A stretch of DNA of 64,000 nucleotides from positions 24,268 through 88,267 of the forward strand of contig JAYRPG010000174.1 of the NCBI GenBank assembly GCA_041911275.1, given 5' to 3'. The stretch is from Ferruginibacter sp. (GTDB lineage Bacteria; Bacteroidota; Bacteroidia; Chitinophagales; Chitinophagaceae). Below the pieces are notes generated by a model, which was not told where the DNA came from, searched no databases, and saw nothing but the letters and a program-made list of their open reading frames with translations. This document shows, in pieces, positions 63,549 through 64,000 of the stretch. Every line of letters starts with the position of its first letter. Position 1 is the first letter of the stretch. A program made the translations under genes and the position numbers.

Positions 63549-64000
63549 ATGCCGAAATTATTCCGATGCAAAGCGCTCCTGCTGCTGGTGCTGGCCTGTT
63601 TGCCGGTACTGGCATCGGTTTACTTTCTGGCCGCCACGCGGATCATTGAACACCGGCAGCAGGAACGCCTGGAAGCCGGCCTGGCACGTACCTACCGCTT
63701 CCCGATCAGCGCAGTGGTTTGGGTGAAAGCCGGAAAAGAAATCCGGGTGCCGCAGGGATTGTTTGACCTGATCCGTTTCCACACAGAAGGCAGCGTGCTG
63801 GTCGCCACCGGCCTCTGGGATCGTGAAGAAACGGCCCTGCAGCAACAGCTGAACCGGCAGCCCCTCACCCCCGCCGACCATCCCCTCAACCTGCAACTCC
63901 TCAGTGTGCTCTTTACCCCAGGCCTTCCGGCAACGGTTCTCTTTTTGACCGGCCATGCCCCGGAAACCGGCCGTTCATACGGATGCCTGGCTGCACCCGA
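63549..64000 (+). CDS. Hypothetical membrane-anchored protein; 3' end cut by the window edge
   Basis: The frame stays open from the ATG at 63549 to the end of the window, so it is absent from the ORF track because it has no stop. It has a hydrophobic N-terminus, MPKLFRCKALLLLVLACLPVLASVYFLAA, and GC-rich third positions. It competes with the listed antisense ORF 63558..63956. Confidence 0.45.
   Translation, partial: MPKLFRCKALLLLVLACLPVLASVYFLAATRIIEHRQQERLEAGLARTYRFPISAVVWVKAGKEIRVPQGLFDLIRFHTEGSVLVATGLWDREETALQQQLNRQPLTPADHPLNLQLLSVLFTPGLPATVLFLTGHAPETGRSYGCLAAP

Noticed and set aside
1-64000. A search for a genomic island, prophage, integrative element or defence island.
   Set aside because: No integrase, transposase, phage structural gene, tRNA attachment site, toxin-antitoxin pair or known defence gene could be recognised. 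The gene content is overwhelmingly core metabolism and translation.

Overview
This 64-kb window looks like core chromosome from a Bacteroidota genome with moderately high GC, probably Chitinophagaceae- or Sphingobacteriia-like. The phylum call rests on GldB, a T9SS type-B C-terminal sorting domain, tandem DUF1573 genes, a MoxR-DUF58-BatA operon, and recurrent TAnnTTTG -7 promoter boxes. I support about 56 CDS, almost all housekeeping: pyrD, thiolase, rbfA, frr, lysC, queA, iscSUA, fbaB, a fused 2-oxoacid dehydrogenase E1, nadE, nadC, gpmI, rsgA and others. I found no rRNA, tRNA, CRISPR array, transposase, integrase, or recognisable defence or mobile island. I cannot honestly point to a clear novel multi-gene system. 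The most unusual signals are at sequence level. (1) A family of 7-nt tandem repeat arrays, similar to cyanobacterial STRRs, occurs five times; two arrays lie in frame inside the essential gene pyrD, and others fill promoter regions. (2) A three-gene module (membrane protein, winged-helix regulator, CreD) carries the same ACTTTG-N5-CAAAGT palindrome in front of two of its genes. (3) Several genes have a TAnnTTTG -7 box only 4-6 nt from the ATG, implying leaderless mRNAs. (4) Several large secreted or outer-membrane proteins have no assignable function. All product calls come from reading motifs in the supplied translations; no database search was run. Many long ORFs in the track are antisense artefacts of GC-rich coding DNA and were rejected.
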